A stretch of DNA of 59,927 bases, counting the filler. It is 9 parts of 9 records of this genome, joined end to end, with 100 filler letters (N's around TTAATTAATTAA, not from the genome) between each part and the next. Parts side by side here need not be neighbours in the genome. Positions count along the whole stretch, not along the records: positions 48,067 to 53,697 come from SRR31156797_26256; positions 53,798 to 59,927 come from SRR31156797_26257; 7 more parts are not named here. One strand, written 5' to 3'. The notes under the pieces are model-generated. The model ran no database searches. It was not told the origin of the DNA and worked only from the letters and a program-made list of their open reading frames with translations. Positions 48,994-59,571 of this stretch are shown piece by piece. Numbering within the stretch: the first letter of the stretch is position 1; each line of letters begins with the position of its first letter. The translations under genes were made by a program, and so were the position numbers.

Positions 48994-50493
48994 TTACATC
49001 GCGAATTCACTGTCCGCGCGAAATCCATGTTCCATGCCGCGCCATTTACCCGGCCGTCTGATTTCTCCGAGTGCTCCAAGAGGAACCTTCGGCAATCGTA
49101 CCGGTTCCGCCAACAGGCATCCCGATACGGCATCGAGCCCGTCGTCGTGCATGCCGAGCCCGGGACGCCATTCCCGCATTTCATGAACGAACCGGCTCTT
49201 GAAAACACTGTCGTGCCCATGAAGACGGCCCGCGGCAAGGACGGCATCGAACGCTTCGACGATGCGCAAGTCCTTTTTGCGTTGGCTGGTCTTTTCAATG
49301 ACGGCGCAACACAGGCCGGCACGGGCCAATTCCTGCCTGAGCAAACCGGGCAGAAACCGACCCAGCCCATTCGTTTCAAGGGTGACCGCCGGCAGGTAGT
49401 GATCGTCGACAAATGCGGCAACCTGCCGGCAAAGCTGGGTCGCCTCGTCCACCTCCGAAATCCGTGCCGGATCGTGTTCCAGATAACTGACGCGATGCAG
49501 CCAGTAATCGCCCTTGTCATCGGTGAAAACGGCGGCAATGGCGTTCGAATCTCCGAGTCCGGGCGCCCCATAGGCGGGATCCCAAAAACAGCTGGCCGAA
49601 ACCAGTTTACGGTCGCCAAGGCTTAACGCGGCCTCGCCGTTTCCTTCATGGTAGTTCAATTCATCCCGGTAGATTCGTAGCCGATCCGGATCCAAACGGC
49701 CCTCTGCAACATTTACCGGTTCCAACATCATTTGGCTTGAAAACTTGTTCGGTCCGGCGCGACGCCGGATGGCATCGATTTTTTCGATTGGAAATCGTTC
49801 CGGCCAGCGGCTGTTTCCGGCCGTATCCAGCGCAGGCAGGCTAAGTCTTGCAAAACCGTCAAGAAACGGTTTCGTTTCGCCCGATTCCGGACGGGCCCGG
49901 TCAGTGTAGATGCTGTAATAAGAATGCGGCGTTCCGATGAACAGCTGAAGTCCGCCCGGCACCAGGACATAATCGATTTCCGATAGACGTTCCCGCAGAT
50001 CCAGGCGTTTCAATTCCGTATCGCTGGTGTTTGGCACTTCGACGTCATCGCATATCACGATATCGGCCCGCGATCCGGTCACGTTGGCGCCGATGCCTTT
50101 GGCCAACATCGACGGATCGCGCAGTTCGGCTGTGCGGTTTACCGTGAACTGCTCGGCGGCCCATTGATCGCGCTTGGTCGGTGTTAGATTTTTCGTAAGC
50201 GGGTGCCGCTCGATAACCCTTTTGACGTACCGCACCATTTTTCGCGCCAGCGCGAAATCCGCGGCCAAGACCAGAATTCTGACATTGGGATTTCGCACCA
50301 GCAGCCAGGCACAGAACAGACCGACCAGGGTCGATTTGCCGCTGTCACGGAATGCCAGAAGCAGCAATTCGCGATCGCCGTCATCCCAGCGCGCCTGCAG
50401 CCACCGGCTGATGGTGACATGCAAGTCCGGCGTCCGCTGCTTCTGGAGTTGATTCCAGATCACCATGAACTCGGGAAATCCGACAGGGTTCAT
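48994..50493 (-). CDS. phage terminase large subunit (T7 gp19-like)
   Basis: AFRDSGKS Walker A, TGSRADIVICDDVE Walker B, IGTPH, nuclease WDPAYG and HDDGLDAVSG. Start MNPVG at 50493 overlaps the upstream stop (ATGA). Confidence 0.9.
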   Translation of the reverse strand: MNPVGFPEFMVIWNQLQKQRTPDLHVTISRWLQARWDDGDRELLLLAFRDSGKSTLVGLFCAWLLVRNPNVRILVLAADFALARKMVRYVKRVIERHPLTKNLTPTKRDQWAAEQFTVNRTAELRDPSMLAKGIGANVTGSRADIVICDDVEVPNTSDTELKRLDLRERLSEIDYVLVPGGLQLFIGTPHSYYSIYTDRARPESGETKPFLDGFARLSLPALDTAGNSRWPERFPIEKIDAIRRRAGPNKFSSQMMLEPVNVAEGRLDPDRLRIYRDELNYHEGNGEAALSLGDRKLVSASCFWDPAYGAPGLGDSNAIAAVFTDDKGDYWLHRVSYLEHDPARISEVDEATQLCRQVAAFVDDHYLPAVTLETNGLGRFLPGLLRQELARAGLCCAVIEKTSQRKKDLRIVEAFDAVLAAGRLHGHDSVFKSRFVHEMREWRPGLGMHDDGLDAVSGCLLAEPVRLPKVPLGALGEIRRPGKWRGMEHGFRADSEFAM

Positions 50494-50855
50494 TGGCTTG
50501 GCCCGGGATGCTGTTCGAGAACCTTTCTCGCCTCGGCAATCAAATCGTCGATCGGCCGATCGTGATCCCCGCCCGCAAGTTCCCCGGATGACGGTGCCGG
50601 ATTCTTCGCCAGGCGTAAAAGCATGTCCAAATGAGACAAGATTGCCCGACAGGCCGAGTGAAATGCCGCAATTTCCTTGGCATTGGTCGGAGCCCGTGAA
50701 TTTGCCAACGCGCAATAGTCGCCGATCACCTTTGGCACAATTCCCAACAATGATTCCAAGGGTTCGGTCGCGACTTCATCGTCGCTGTTTCGTGCGCCGT
50801 TTTTTCCTTCACGACATTCAGGATCACCGCAGAGCTTGGAAACGGTTGTCGTCAT
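50490..50855 (-). CDS. hypothetical protein, candidate small terminase
   Basis: RBS GGAGG before ATG 50855. Helical KEIAAFHSACRAILSHLDMLLRLA. Coupled to the large terminase. Confidence 0.55.
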   Translation of the reverse strand: MTTTVSKLCGDPECREGKNGARNSDDEVATEPLESLLGIVPKVIGDYCALANSRAPTNAKEIAAFHSACRAILSHLDMLLRLAKNPAPSSGELAGGDHDRPIDDLIAEARKVLEQHPGPSQ

Positions 50856-50983
50856 GGCGGCGCCTCCAATAACGGATTCGGATTGATCGTGCAAAATTGA
50901 TCCGCCGGATTTCACACCGGTGGTTTTTTCTCCCTCGCCCGTTTTTCGGAGCTGGATATCAAAGGGTTCGGTCGGCCGTCGGT

Positions 50984-51598
50984 TCAATCCGGCCAATTGG
51001 AATCGGCGGTTTCGTCGAAATGGGCACGCTCAATATCGGTCGCGGTGGCCATGTCAGCCTGAATGTCGGCGGACCGACCAAGAACCGCCGCAACGTGCGC
51101 CGATGCGGCGTCGAATATGGCTTCCGCTTCAGCCGCCGAGGTCAATTCGAAGCAATCTCCGGCTGCCGTCTTGAATTTGACGGTCACCGGCCTGGCCACC
51201 GCTTCCGCCCGTTGCGCGGAGGTCATCAGGCTTTGGATCCGGGCGATAGATTGGGTGTCGCACCGGAAGGGAATTCCGCCGATCCGAACGCCTAATTCGA
51301 TGCGCCGTTCCGCCTCGGCCCGTACACGGGCGATCTTGGTTTCAGCATCAAGAGGTGCCGGATCGGGGGTGTATCGCTCGCGCGTAATGACCCACGATTG
51401 ATCGCCATCAAATGCTTCGCTTGCCACTCGGGATGCCGGCCCTCCGGCGATCGATACTTGCCGGAGCTGACAAACGATTTCATCGCCATGTTCTATCCCG
51501 GGCCGCGCGGCCTCGGTCACGGCACCGTCCGCCCAGATCGCCCGCCGTCCCCGAACGTTGCGGACGCGCTGGCCGTTCGTCTTGTTCACGATAATCAT
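50984..51598 (-). CDS. DUF4376-like phage tail-fibre-associated protein
   Basis: RIELGVRIGGIPFRCDTQSIARI...VKFKTA pattern with terminal WP. Coupled to the fibre gene. Confidence 0.65.
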   Translation of the reverse strand: MIIVNKTNGQRVRNVRGRRAIWADGAVTEAARPGIEHGDEIVCQLRQVSIAGGPASRVASEAFDGDQSWVITRERYTPDPAPLDAETKIARVRAEAERRIELGVRIGGIPFRCDTQSIARIQSLMTSAQRAEAVARPVTVKFKTAAGDCFELTSAAEAEAIFDAASAHVAAVLGRSADIQADMATATDIERAHFDETADSNWPD

Positions 51599-53697
51599 AC
51601 TGCCCTCGCTTGTGCTGCCGCGCCGTCTGTGATGGGTCTAACGCCGAAAGCGCCCCAAACAAACGTCTGGCTGGATTGGTTCACGACATTGAAGGAATTT
51701 CTGCACTTCAGCCCAGTAGAGATAAAATCCCAATAAGCTGTTGCGTTCACCGGAAAGGAATTGGTGGTATCCACGTAGCCGTTGTAGTCGAATGGGTTGC
51801 TCTCAAACGAACGAACGCCAACCCACCACGAATTTGTAGTGGAAGAGACTTTTGTGAAGAACGTGTCCGGCAGCCCTCCCATGCCGACCAAAGGACCGTC
51901 CGCAGCCCCATTGCCGGTATAAGAACCAAAGCGATACGGGCCGCCCCCCTCTGTGCCGTCTGCCCACGCGGCTACGATAATGGCTTTCCCACTTTGATTG
52001 ATCGGGGAGGCTGTACCAACCGATACTTCCGTCGTCGTCGGGGCCGTGTCGTCCCAGAGAGCAGGGGAAAGTTGTTCCGCACTCGTGTTATCCCATTGGA
52101 GAACCTTCGTCGGTCCGAGGGCCTCATGGTAACAATTCCGGGACAGAGAATTGGTCTCAAGGTTGGCCGAATACATGAAGCCCGGTGCCGTCGACAAGGC
52201 GCCGTCAAAACTCTCGGTATGGGCAACCCCGGTCCCGGTGAAACGGATAAACTGGAATTGATTGTCTTGCCGGAAAGCCATGATCAAATGATTGCTGTTC
52301 GACCAATGGCTTCCCAAGACGACGGTACTGCCACTGAATGTACAACTGTTCGCAATGGTCGTTTCTTCCGACCCGGCAGAGGTTGAATTCGGTCGGTGTC
52401 CCTCGTTGTCCCCGGATTTAGTATTGAAGCTGAACCAGTCCTCCGTGTTGTCCACATCCTTCACGAGAATGTAGGTCGGATAAACATCCGTATCCCACGG
52501 CAGATTGACTGTGTGACTGCTGCCGTCGTGTAGGAACTTTTCTGAATGGTAATGCTGCGTCGGGTCGACGACATCCGGCACCGGGAAATGGGCCGAGCAA
52601 AGATATTTTGCCGTTCCGCCCTGCAATGCAAAGCCATCGTCGGCACCGAAATCGAAATCGGCGATAGAACCGTTCGACCCCGCGAAACAAATTAATTGTC
52701 CGGCCAACGACCGCCCGGTGACGGTCCATCCGTATTGAGAGACCCCCCCACCGGTATCTCGGAAAAATTTAACGGTGCCGTTGTCCACGTCCGCCTGAAT
52801 GATGAATTTATCGCCGTTTGAAATGGCCCCGATGGCGGTTTGTGCGGCGGACCCGTCCACGCTGATCCGGCCGGTTGCGTGGTCGGAAACGATTACACAG
52901 TTTCCGTCCGCATTTGTCCAAGGGTCAGACCATGAGGCAAACGGTACGTTGCTATCTACAACACCCAGTCCCCAATGCAAACTGACTTCCGTAACCGTTG
53001 CAAGGACTTCCCAAACCCCTTCGTCTGGCAAAGCAAGAGAGGCCCCGACTGCGTAGTTTCCGGAAGACGTGGTTGTTGTGCAGCGAGTGCCCGCGTGGCT
53101 AATGGTCATAATCGCGTTCAAAGGCAGAATAGGGCTTAGTACCGGATACAGCCCGGCATCGTTTGCCGCGGAGTTCGTCGGAGCGTTCAATGACGAGGTA
53201 ACCTCGCTATTTGTGAAATGGTTTTGCTGGCCGGAAACGTCGATCTCGACACCGCCGACGGTGCGTGCCGTTCCTTCAGTCCGCACGTAATAATCCGGCT
53301 CTGACGCTGCCTTCAATTGCATTCCGAAAACGTGGATTTGTTCGCCGACGCCTAACGAACTGCCGCCGCCGATCTGGAAACGAACCGTCGTTCCGGTTTG
53401 CAGGTGATTGAATTTGAACCGCTGCCAGTCGGCCGTAACCGCGCAAGGCTCAGACGTCAACGTGGTCCCGTCGTCCAGAAAGCAATAAATGGTTTGCGGC
53501 GTACTCGATTTCAGCCAGAGGGACGCCTCGTACTCGACGCCATCGGAAACCGTGATCCCGTTCCGGTAAAAAGAGCTGTCCGATCCGGTCCCCTCGATCC
53601 TGTCCGCGACCGTGCCGCCAAGCGGACCGGTCGCATCGTTTGCCGTGACGGTAGCCGTGTATTTTGTCCACCAAGCATTGTCGGCAGCTTCCGAATA
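51595..53697 (-). CDS. phage tail/head fibre-like protein with SPRY-like and beta-rich domains, 5' truncated
   Basis: The frame is open to the contig edge (YSEAADNAWWTK...TGPLGGTVAD, a head-spike-type motif). Also DVSGQQNHFT, FTGTG, GSYTGNGAADGP and DFISTGLKCR, typical of marine phage fibres. Confidence 0.75.
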   Translation of the reverse strand, partial: YSEAADNAWWTKYTATVTANDATGPLGGTVADRIEGTGSDSSFYRNGITVSDGVEYEASLWLKSSTPQTIYCFLDDGTTLTSEPCAVTADWQRFKFNHLQTGTTVRFQIGGGSSLGVGEQIHVFGMQLKAASEPDYYVRTEGTARTVGGVEIDVSGQQNHFTNSEVTSSLNAPTNSAANDAGLYPVLSPILPLNAIMTISHAGTRCTTTTSSGNYAVGASLALPDEGVWEVLATVTEVSLHWGLGVVDSNVPFASWSDPWTNADGNCVIVSDHATGRISVDGSAAQTAIGAISNGDKFIIQADVDNGTVKFFRDTGGGVSQYGWTVTGRSLAGQLICFAGSNGSIADFDFGADDGFALQGGTAKYLCSAHFPVPDVVDPTQHYHSEKFLHDGSSHTVNLPWDTDVYPTYILVKDVDNTEDWFSFNTKSGDNEGHRPNSTSAGSEETTIANSCTFSGSTVVLGSHWSNSNHLIMAFRQDNQFQFIRFTGTGVAHTESFDGALSTAPGFMYSANLETNSLSRNCYHEALGPTKVLQWDNTSAEQLSPALWDDTAPTTTEVSVGTASPINQSGKAIIVAAWADGTEGGGPYRFGSYTGNGAADGPLVGMGGLPDTFFTKVSSTTNSWWVGVRSFESNPFDYNGYVDTTNSFPVNATAYWDFISTGLKCRNSFNVVNQSSQTFVWGAFGVRPITDGAAAQARAV

Positions 53698-53916
53698 NNN
53701 NNNNNNNNNNNNNNNNNNNNNNNNNNNNNNNNNNNNNNNNNTTAATTAATTAANNNNNNNNNNNNNNNNNNNNNNNNNNNNNNNNNNNNNNNNNNNNGAC
53801 AAATTCACGTTAATCCGCGATGAGCCATTAATTTCCAAAAAATATCAAATCCTCAATATTGCATTTGTATGCCGATTATAGGAAAATAGGTTTTGCGACC
53901 AAGGGAAAGGGAATCC

Positions 53917-54804
53917 ATGCCATCAAAATCATCAGAAAAGTTTTGCGGTCAGGTTGTGACGGAAGCACAATTAAAAGACATCATAGAGATTATCGAAACA
54001 TTTCCCAAACTCAGCCGAACCGAACTGGCACATACGGTCTGCGAACTGTTCTCCTGGAAAAGACCCACCGGAAAGCTGAAAGGCGTTGAATGCCGACAAT
54101 TCCTTGAACGTCTAGATGCAAAAGGGGTGATCCGTCTTCCGATCGTCAGGCAACAGCCGGTCAAAAAGGCTAAACCCAAAATATCACGAACCCGTCAAGC
54201 CGATTCTCAACAAATAATTTCAACAAAACTGAAAGCGCTCTCCCCCATATTGCTGATCCGGGTTAAAACCAAGGAACAGAGACAACTCTGGTACCAGTAC
54301 ATTGATCGGTATCATTACCTGGGGTATCATCTCCCCTTCGGCGCCCAACTTCGGTACTTCATTCAATCCGGTGCAACCCATACCCTGCTGGGGTGTTTTC
54401 AGTTTTCCTCTCCCGCCTGGCAGATGATGCCGAGAGACCGATGGATTGCCTGGGACCATGAGCAGCGCCGACGCAACCTGCAAAAGATTGTCAATAACAG
54501 CCGGTTTTTGATATTTCCCTGGGTCCAAGTCAAAAACCTGGCCAGTTCAGCCCTGGCCCTGGCCCTCAAAACCGTTCCGGATGACTGGGAGCGCAGCTAC
54601 GGCTACCGCCCGGTCTTGATGGAAACCCTGGTGGATGAGAAACGCTTTAAAGGCACCTGCTACAAAGCCGCCAATTGGCGTTATGTGGGAAAAACCACCG
54701 GACGTGGGCGGATGGATCGTGAGAACAAACGTCATGGCATGGCCGTCAAGGCCATCTATCTGTATCCCCTTACAAACAATTTTCGTGATGAACTGGTTCG
54801 ATAA
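53917..54804 (+). CDS. DUF4338 / DruA-like protein
   Basis: SRTELAHTVCE, YHYLGY, GAQLRY, RDRWIAW, NNSRFLIFPWV..NLAS, ETLVD, GTCYKAANW and GKTTGRGR. Confidence 0.85.
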   Translation: MPSKSSEKFCGQVVTEAQLKDIIEIIETFPKLSRTELAHTVCELFSWKRPTGKLKGVECRQFLERLDAKGVIRLPIVRQQPVKKAKPKISRTRQADSQQIISTKLKALSPILLIRVKTKEQRQLWYQYIDRYHYLGYHLPFGAQLRYFIQSGATHTLLGCFQFSSPAWQMMPRDRWIAWDHEQRRRNLQKIVNNSRFLIFPWVQVKNLASSALALALKTVPDDWERSYGYRPVLMETLVDEKRFKGTCYKAANWRYVGKTTGRGRMDRENKRHGMAVKAIYLYPLTNNFRDELVR

Positions 54805-54889
54805 ATGACTTGACTCAGGTTTCAACCGTATTAATATTGGTTCGATTTGGCCGTCTTTTCCACTGTCAATTCCGTCTGGAGATGTTTAT

Positions 54890-55261
54890 ATGACACGTTA
54901 TCTCCCCCTGATACTGTTGGGGGTGCTTTTAAATGCCACGGCCCAGCTTTGCCTGAAACAAGGCATGCGCCAGGTGGGCCATTTTGCATTTTCCCTGAGC
55001 AACCTGGCTCCCATAGGCTTCAAGGTGGCCCTAAACCCGTTTGTGTTTGCGGGTTTGGTGTGTTACGTAGTCAGTGTGGTGGTGTGGCTTCTGGCCCTTT
55101 CCAGGGTTGAAGTCAGTTATGCTTATCCTCTCTTGAGTGTGGGTTATATCGTTACCGCTTTTGCGGGACAGCTTTTTTTCGGCGAGGCCCTGGGACCCAT
55201 GCGTTGGTCCGGAATACTGGTCATTTGCCTCGGCGTATACCTCGTTACCCGGAGTGCCTGA
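54890..55261 (+). CDS. SMR/EamA family undecaprenyl-phosphate-L-Ara4N flippase subunit (ArnE/F-like)
   Basis: AQLCLKQG and WLLALSRVEVSYAYPLLS, at the head of the arn operon. Confidence 0.8.
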   Translation: MTRYLPLILLGVLLNATAQLCLKQGMRQVGHFAFSLSNLAPIGFKVALNPFVFAGLVCYVVSVVVWLLALSRVEVSYAYPLLSVGYIVTAFAGQLFFGEALGPMRWSGILVICLGVYLVTRSA

Positions 55262-56412
55262 TGAGAAAGGATTTTCTGCCCTTTTCGCGACCGTCCATCA
55301 CGGAGGAAGATATTTCCGCCGTGGGAGAAGTGCTCCGGTCGGGATGGATTACAACCGGTCCCAACACGGCCGCTTTTGAACGTGATTTCTGTGAATATGT
55401 GGGTTGCCCCCACGGGGTGGCCCTGGGATCGGCCACCGCCGGCATGCATCTTCTCCTGAAAGCCCTGGAGATCGGACCGGGGGATGAAGTGATTACCCCG
55501 TCCATGACCTGGGTATCCACGGTGAACCTCATTGTTCTGGCCGGCGCCACCCCGGTATTCGCCGACATTGACCGGAACACCCTGATGGTGACCCCCGAGA
55601 CGGTGGCCCCCTGTTTTTCATCGAGAACCAGGGCCGTTATTCCCGTACATTTCGCCGGCGCTTCCGCCGATATTACGGCATTGGACAAATTGGCGAAAGA
55701 AAATGCCGTGCCGATGGTGGAAGATGCGGCCCATGCCCTGGGCACCCACCATGGCGGGCGTCACGTGGGCGCAATGGGAACATCCGTTTTTTCCTTCCAC
55801 CCCATCAAAAACATTACCACCGGCGAAGGCGGGATGTTCTGCACCGATGACAAAGAAATGGCGGAACGGATCGGTCGTCTAAAATTTCATGGCCTCGGCG
55901 TGGACGCTTATGACCGACAAACCCAGGGCCGATCCCCCCAGGCAGAGGTGCTGGAACCGGGATACAAATACAATATGACCGACACGGCGGCGGTGTTGGG
56001 ACTAAGGCAGCTTCATCGCCTGAATCAGTTCAATCGCAAAAGAAACCAATTGGCCGCCAGATACCTTGAATGGCTTGCGGATATTGATGAACTCCTGCCG
56101 CTCTCCATCCCCGAAGACACCACACAACATGCCTGGCATCTGTTTATCGTGCGTCTTGACACAAAGCGTGCCGGGATGAATCGGGATGAATTCATGGAAC
56201 GATTGAAGGCCAAAAACATCGGGACCGGTCTGCATTTCCGCGCTGCCCACCTGCAGAAATACTACCGCGAATCCATGGGGATGGAAAAGGGCACGCTTCC
56301 CAATACCGAATGGAATTCCGACCGAATCTGTTCGCTTCCCCTTTTTCCCGATATGACCTTTGAAGATGTGGACTCCGTGGTGGAAGCCATTAAGGATGTT
56401 CTCAGTCATTAA
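55261..56412 (+). CDS. arnB: UDP-4-amino-4-deoxy-L-arabinose aminotransferase
   Basis: FLPFSRPSI, SGWITTGP, EDAAHA and SFHPIKNITTGEGG. Confidence 0.92.
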   Translation: MRKDFLPFSRPSITEEDISAVGEVLRSGWITTGPNTAAFERDFCEYVGCPHGVALGSATAGMHLLLKALEIGPGDEVITPSMTWVSTVNLIVLAGATPVFADIDRNTLMVTPETVAPCFSSRTRAVIPVHFAGASADITALDKLAKENAVPMVEDAAHALGTHHGGRHVGAMGTSVFSFHPIKNITTGEGGMFCTDDKEMAERIGRLKFHGLGVDAYDRQTQGRSPQAEVLEPGYKYNMTDTAAVLGLRQLHRLNQFNRKRNQLAARYLEWLADIDELLPLSIPEDTTQHAWHLFIVRLDTKRAGMNRDEFMERLKAKNIGTGLHFRAAHLQKYYRESMGMEKGTLPNTEWNSDRICSLPLFPDMTFEDVDSVVEAIKDVLSH

Positions 56413-56416
56413 TTTG

Positions 56417-56441
56417 GTAGGGCCGGCCCCCGTGCCTGCCC
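56417..56441 (+). repeat. REP-like element GTAGGGCCGGCCCCCGTGCCTGCCC
   Basis: GTAG plus a GC-rich imperfect palindrome. A related copy lies at 57477-57504. Confidence 0.65.
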
Positions 56442-56454
56442 ATTGGAAATCATT

Positions 56455-57480
56455 ATGGAAAACCAACAATCAGCCATCAGCCATCAACCACCAACCATTT
56501 CCATTGTCATTCCCGTGTTTAACGAAGCGGCGAGCTTAAGCGATCTCCTGGTTCGTTGTCTCAAGACCTGTAACCGCATGGAGAGGGTGTTTGAAATCAT
56601 CCTGGTGGATGACGGCAGTACCGATGGGTCCCGGGATATGATTACGGCGGCGGCAAACCAATACCCCGGCATCATTATCGGCCTCATGCTGAACCGGAAT
56701 TACGGCCAGCATTCCGCCATTATGGCCGGATTTGCTCAGACAAAGGGGGACATCATCGTTACCCTGGACGCCGATCTTCAAAACCCGCCCGAAGAAATCA
56801 TCAAACTGGTTCAAAAGGCAGAAGAAGGTTTTGACGTGGTGGGAAGCGTTCGTGTTCCCAGGCGGGACACTTTCTTCAGACGGGTGGCGTCGCACATGGT
56901 CAACAAGATGGTCCAGATATCAACGGGCATCACCATGCACGATTACGGGTGTATGCTGAGGGCATATCGCCGCCATATCGTTGAAGCCATGCTTCAGTGT
57001 TGCGAACGGAGCACCTTTATTCCCGTGCTGGCCAACAGCTTCGCCAGACATACCGCCGAAGTGGATGTTCAACACGCCGAACGTTCCGCAGGGAATTCCA
57101 AATACAGCCTCTGGAAGCTCATCAACCTGCAGTTTGATCTTTTGACCGGCATGACCACCTTTCCCCTTCGTCTGCTGAATGTCCTGGGCGGCATCATTTC
57201 CGCATTCGGCATGGGGTTCGGACTTTTTTTATTTCTCATGAGGTTGATTTACGGCGCCGAGTGGGCCGCTGCAGGGGTATTTACCCTCTTTGCCATTCTG
57301 TTTATTTTTATCGGCGCACAATTTCTGGCCATGGGCCTGTTGGGGGAATATATCGGGCGAATCTACAGCGATGTGCGGGCCCGTCCAAGGTATTTTATCG
57401 AACGGGTCGTGGGAGATGCAGGGAGAGGCCCCCACTGCGCGTCAGACGCCCGCCCGAACACGGACCCACCAAAAACATAG
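56455..57480 (+). CDS. arnC: undecaprenyl-phosphate L-Ara4FN transferase (GT2)
   Basis: [29 protein letters not shown] and [13 protein letters not shown], with two C-terminal TM helices. Confidence 0.92.
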   Translation: MENQQSAISHQPPTISIVIPVFNEAASLSDLLVRCLKTCNRMERVFEIILVDDGSTDGSRDMITAAANQYPGIIIGLMLNRNYGQHSAIMAGFAQTKGDIIVTLDADLQNPPEEIIKLVQKAEEGFDVVGSVRVPRRDTFFRRVASHMVNKMVQISTGITMHDYGCMLRAYRRHIVEAMLQCCERSTFIPVLANSFARHTAEVDVQHAERSAGNSKYSLWKLINLQFDLLTGMTTFPLRLLNVLGGIISAFGMGFGLFLFLMRLIYGAEWAAAGVFTLFAILFIFIGAQFLAMGLLGEYIGRIYSDVRARPRYFIERVVGDAGRGPHCASDARPNTDPPKT

Positions 57481-57504
57481 GGGGGAAGGCCCCCGTGCCT
57501 GCCC
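57477..57504 (+). repeat. REP-like element, second copy
   Basis: ATAGGGGGGAAGGCCCCCGTGCCTGCCC shares GGCCCCCGTGCCTGCCC with the 56417 copy. Confidence 0.6.
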
Positions 57505-57524
57505 ATTTTTTAAAGGACCCATTT

Positions 57525-59549
57525 ATGAAAACAATAGTTCTGGCCTACCACAACATCGGCTGTGCCGGCATCAAGGCGCTGTTGCGAAACGGTTTTGACA
57601 TTTCGGCCGTGTTCACCCACAAGGATAACCCAAAAGAGAATATCTGGTTTGATTCCGTGGCCGAGTTGGCCGCAAACAAGAATATTCCGGTGTATGCGCC
57701 GGAAGACATCAATCATCCCCTCTGGGTGCAGAAGATTCGAGACCTGGCTCCCGAAATCATATTTTCCTTCTATTATCGGGACCTGGTACAAGCTCCCATC
57801 CTGGATATCCCGCAGGGTGGATGCTTAAATCTCCATGGCAGCCTGCTGCCCCGCTATCGCGGACGGGTTCCCATCAACTGGGCGCTGGTAAACGGTGAAA
57901 CCAAGACGGGGGTAACGCTCCATTATATGACCACCCGGCCGGATGACGGCGATGTGGTATCCCAGGCCCCCATTGAAATAACGGCAGATGATACGGCCGC
58001 TTCACTTCACAACAAGGCTGCCATAACAGCCGGTGAAATGCTGGATGAAATCCTCCCCCCATTGCGGGCCGGAAAGGGACCTAGAATTCCCCAGGATCAT
58101 AGGTCAGCCTCTTACTACGGTGGTCGCACCCCGGCTGACGGGGAGATTGACTGGGCCATGCCCGCCTTCAAGGTCAGGAACCTGGTGCGGGCCGTGACGC
58201 GCCCTTTTCCGGGGGCCTTCAGCCACATGGGGGATCGAAAATGCCTTTTCTGGACCGTCAGTGAGGTCACAGGGGATGAAGATGCCAAGCCGGGTACGGT
58301 ATCTTCAGTAAACCCTCTGGTGATCGCCTGTGGAACGGGTGCCCTTCGTATTGAGGCGGGCCAGCAGGAAAATGATGTGTTCATGGGGGGAGCACAACTG
58401 GCAACCCATATGGGTCTGGTGGAAGGCATGCGGTTTGGCAAACGGGCCAGCGACCGGATTCGGGCCGCCCGGAAAAAACGGGTACTGATCCTGGGCGTGG
58501 ACGGATTCATCGGAAACGCCCTGAGCGAACGGTTGCTTGAAAGCGGGCGGTATGAAGTGCACGGAATGGACCTTCATTCCAAGTATGTTCAGCGTCTTAT
58601 GGGAACCCCCGGTTTTCATTTCGATGAAGGGGACATTTCCATCCACAGGGAATGGATTGAATATCACATTCGAAAGTGCGACATTGTGATCCCTTTGGTG
58701 GCCATCGCCACCCCCATCGAATATACCCGAAATCCCCTTCGCGTATTTGAGCTGGATTTTGAAGAAAACCTGCGCGTGGTGCGGTATTGCGTCAAATATA
58801 ATAAGCGTGTCATCTTTCCATCCACCTCCGAAGTCTACGGCATGTGCGAGGATATGGATTTTGACGAGGATAACTCCAAATTGGTCTTGGGGCCCATCCG
58901 CATGCAGCGATGGATCTATTCCTGCTGCAAACAGCTTCTGGACCGGGTGATCTGGGCCTACGGCCGGCAAAAAGGCCTGAAATTCACCCTCTTCAGGCCC
59001 TTCAACTGGATCGGTCCCAGGCTCGACAGCCTTATGTCTGCCCGCATCGGCAGTTCCAGGGCCATTACCCAGCTGATCTTGAACCTGGTGGAAGGGACCC
59101 CCATACAGCTGGTGGATTCCGGAAATCAAAAAAGATGTTTTACCGACGTATCCGACGGGGTGGAATGCCTGTACCGGATTATCGAAAATAAAAACGGCGT
59201 CTGTGACGGTCAAATCATCAACATCGGTAACCCCGACAACGAGTTCAGCATTCGCGCGCTGGCGGAACTTCTGGTGTCCAAATTCAATGAACACCCGTTT
59301 AAAGAAAAGTTCCCCCCCTTTGCCGGTTTGCGGGATGTGGAGAGCCGCACTTATTACGGCGAGGGGTACCAGGACATGGAACACCGAAAGCCGAGCATTC
59401 GGAATGCCAAGCGGTTGCTGAACTGGGAACCTTCCATCGCGTTGGAGGCTTCCGTAGAAGAAACCCTCGATTATTTTCTGCGGGAAGCCATCCGTTCCGG
59501 GGATTTTGATATTGTTCATCAGGACGAAAACAGCCAGCGGGATGGTTAG
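57525..59549 (+). CDS. arnA: bifunctional UDP-glucuronate decarboxylase / UDP-L-Ara4N formyltransferase
   Basis: Formyltransferase ([12 protein letters not shown]) plus SDR domain ([34 protein letters not shown]). Start MKTIVLAY at 57525. Confidence 0.95.
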   Translation: MKTIVLAYHNIGCAGIKALLRNGFDISAVFTHKDNPKENIWFDSVAELAANKNIPVYAPEDINHPLWVQKIRDLAPEIIFSFYYRDLVQAPILDIPQGGCLNLHGSLLPRYRGRVPINWALVNGETKTGVTLHYMTTRPDDGDVVSQAPIEITADDTAASLHNKAAITAGEMLDEILPPLRAGKGPRIPQDHRSASYYGGRTPADGEIDWAMPAFKVRNLVRAVTRPFPGAFSHMGDRKCLFWTVSEVTGDEDAKPGTVSSVNPLVIACGTGALRIEAGQQENDVFMGGAQLATHMGLVEGMRFGKRASDRIRAARKKRVLILGVDGFIGNALSERLLESGRYEVHGMDLHSKYVQRLMGTPGFHFDEGDISIHREWIEYHIRKCDIVIPLVAIATPIEYTRNPLRVFELDFEENLRVVRYCVKYNKRVIFPSTSEVYGMCEDMDFDEDNSKLVLGPIRMQRWIYSCCKQLLDRVIWAYGRQKGLKFTLFRPFNWIGPRLDSLMSARIGSSRAITQLILNLVEGTPIQLVDSGNQKRCFTDVSDGVECLYRIIENKNGVCDGQIINIGNPDNEFSIRALAELLVSKFNEHPFKEKFPPFAGLRDVESRTYYGEGYQDMEHRKPSIRNAKRLLNWEPSIALEASVEETLDYFLREAIRSGDFDIVHQDENSQRDG

Positions 59550-59571
59550 GATTTAGGATCGGTTGGATTCA

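Noticed and set aside
50494-50715. N-terminal extension of the terminase ORF
   Set aside because: It overlaps the upstream gene. The ATGA coupling at 50490-50493 marks the real start.
10429-53797. Recurring TTAATTAATTAA flanked by N runs, and ORFs ending in XXXX-LIN
   Set aside because: These are artificial contig linkers. Adjacency across them has no biological meaning, so no cross-contig systems were inferred.
53917-54804. Calling a complete Druantia defence system
   Set aside because: Only the DUF4338 gene is present. No DruE helicase or other components are visible.
58305-59519. 404-aa antisense ORF, and similar long shadow ORFs at 5513-6388, 48891-49626 and 51610-52386
   Set aside because: These are antisense or alternate-frame shadows of well-supported genes in GC-rich DNA, with no motifs.
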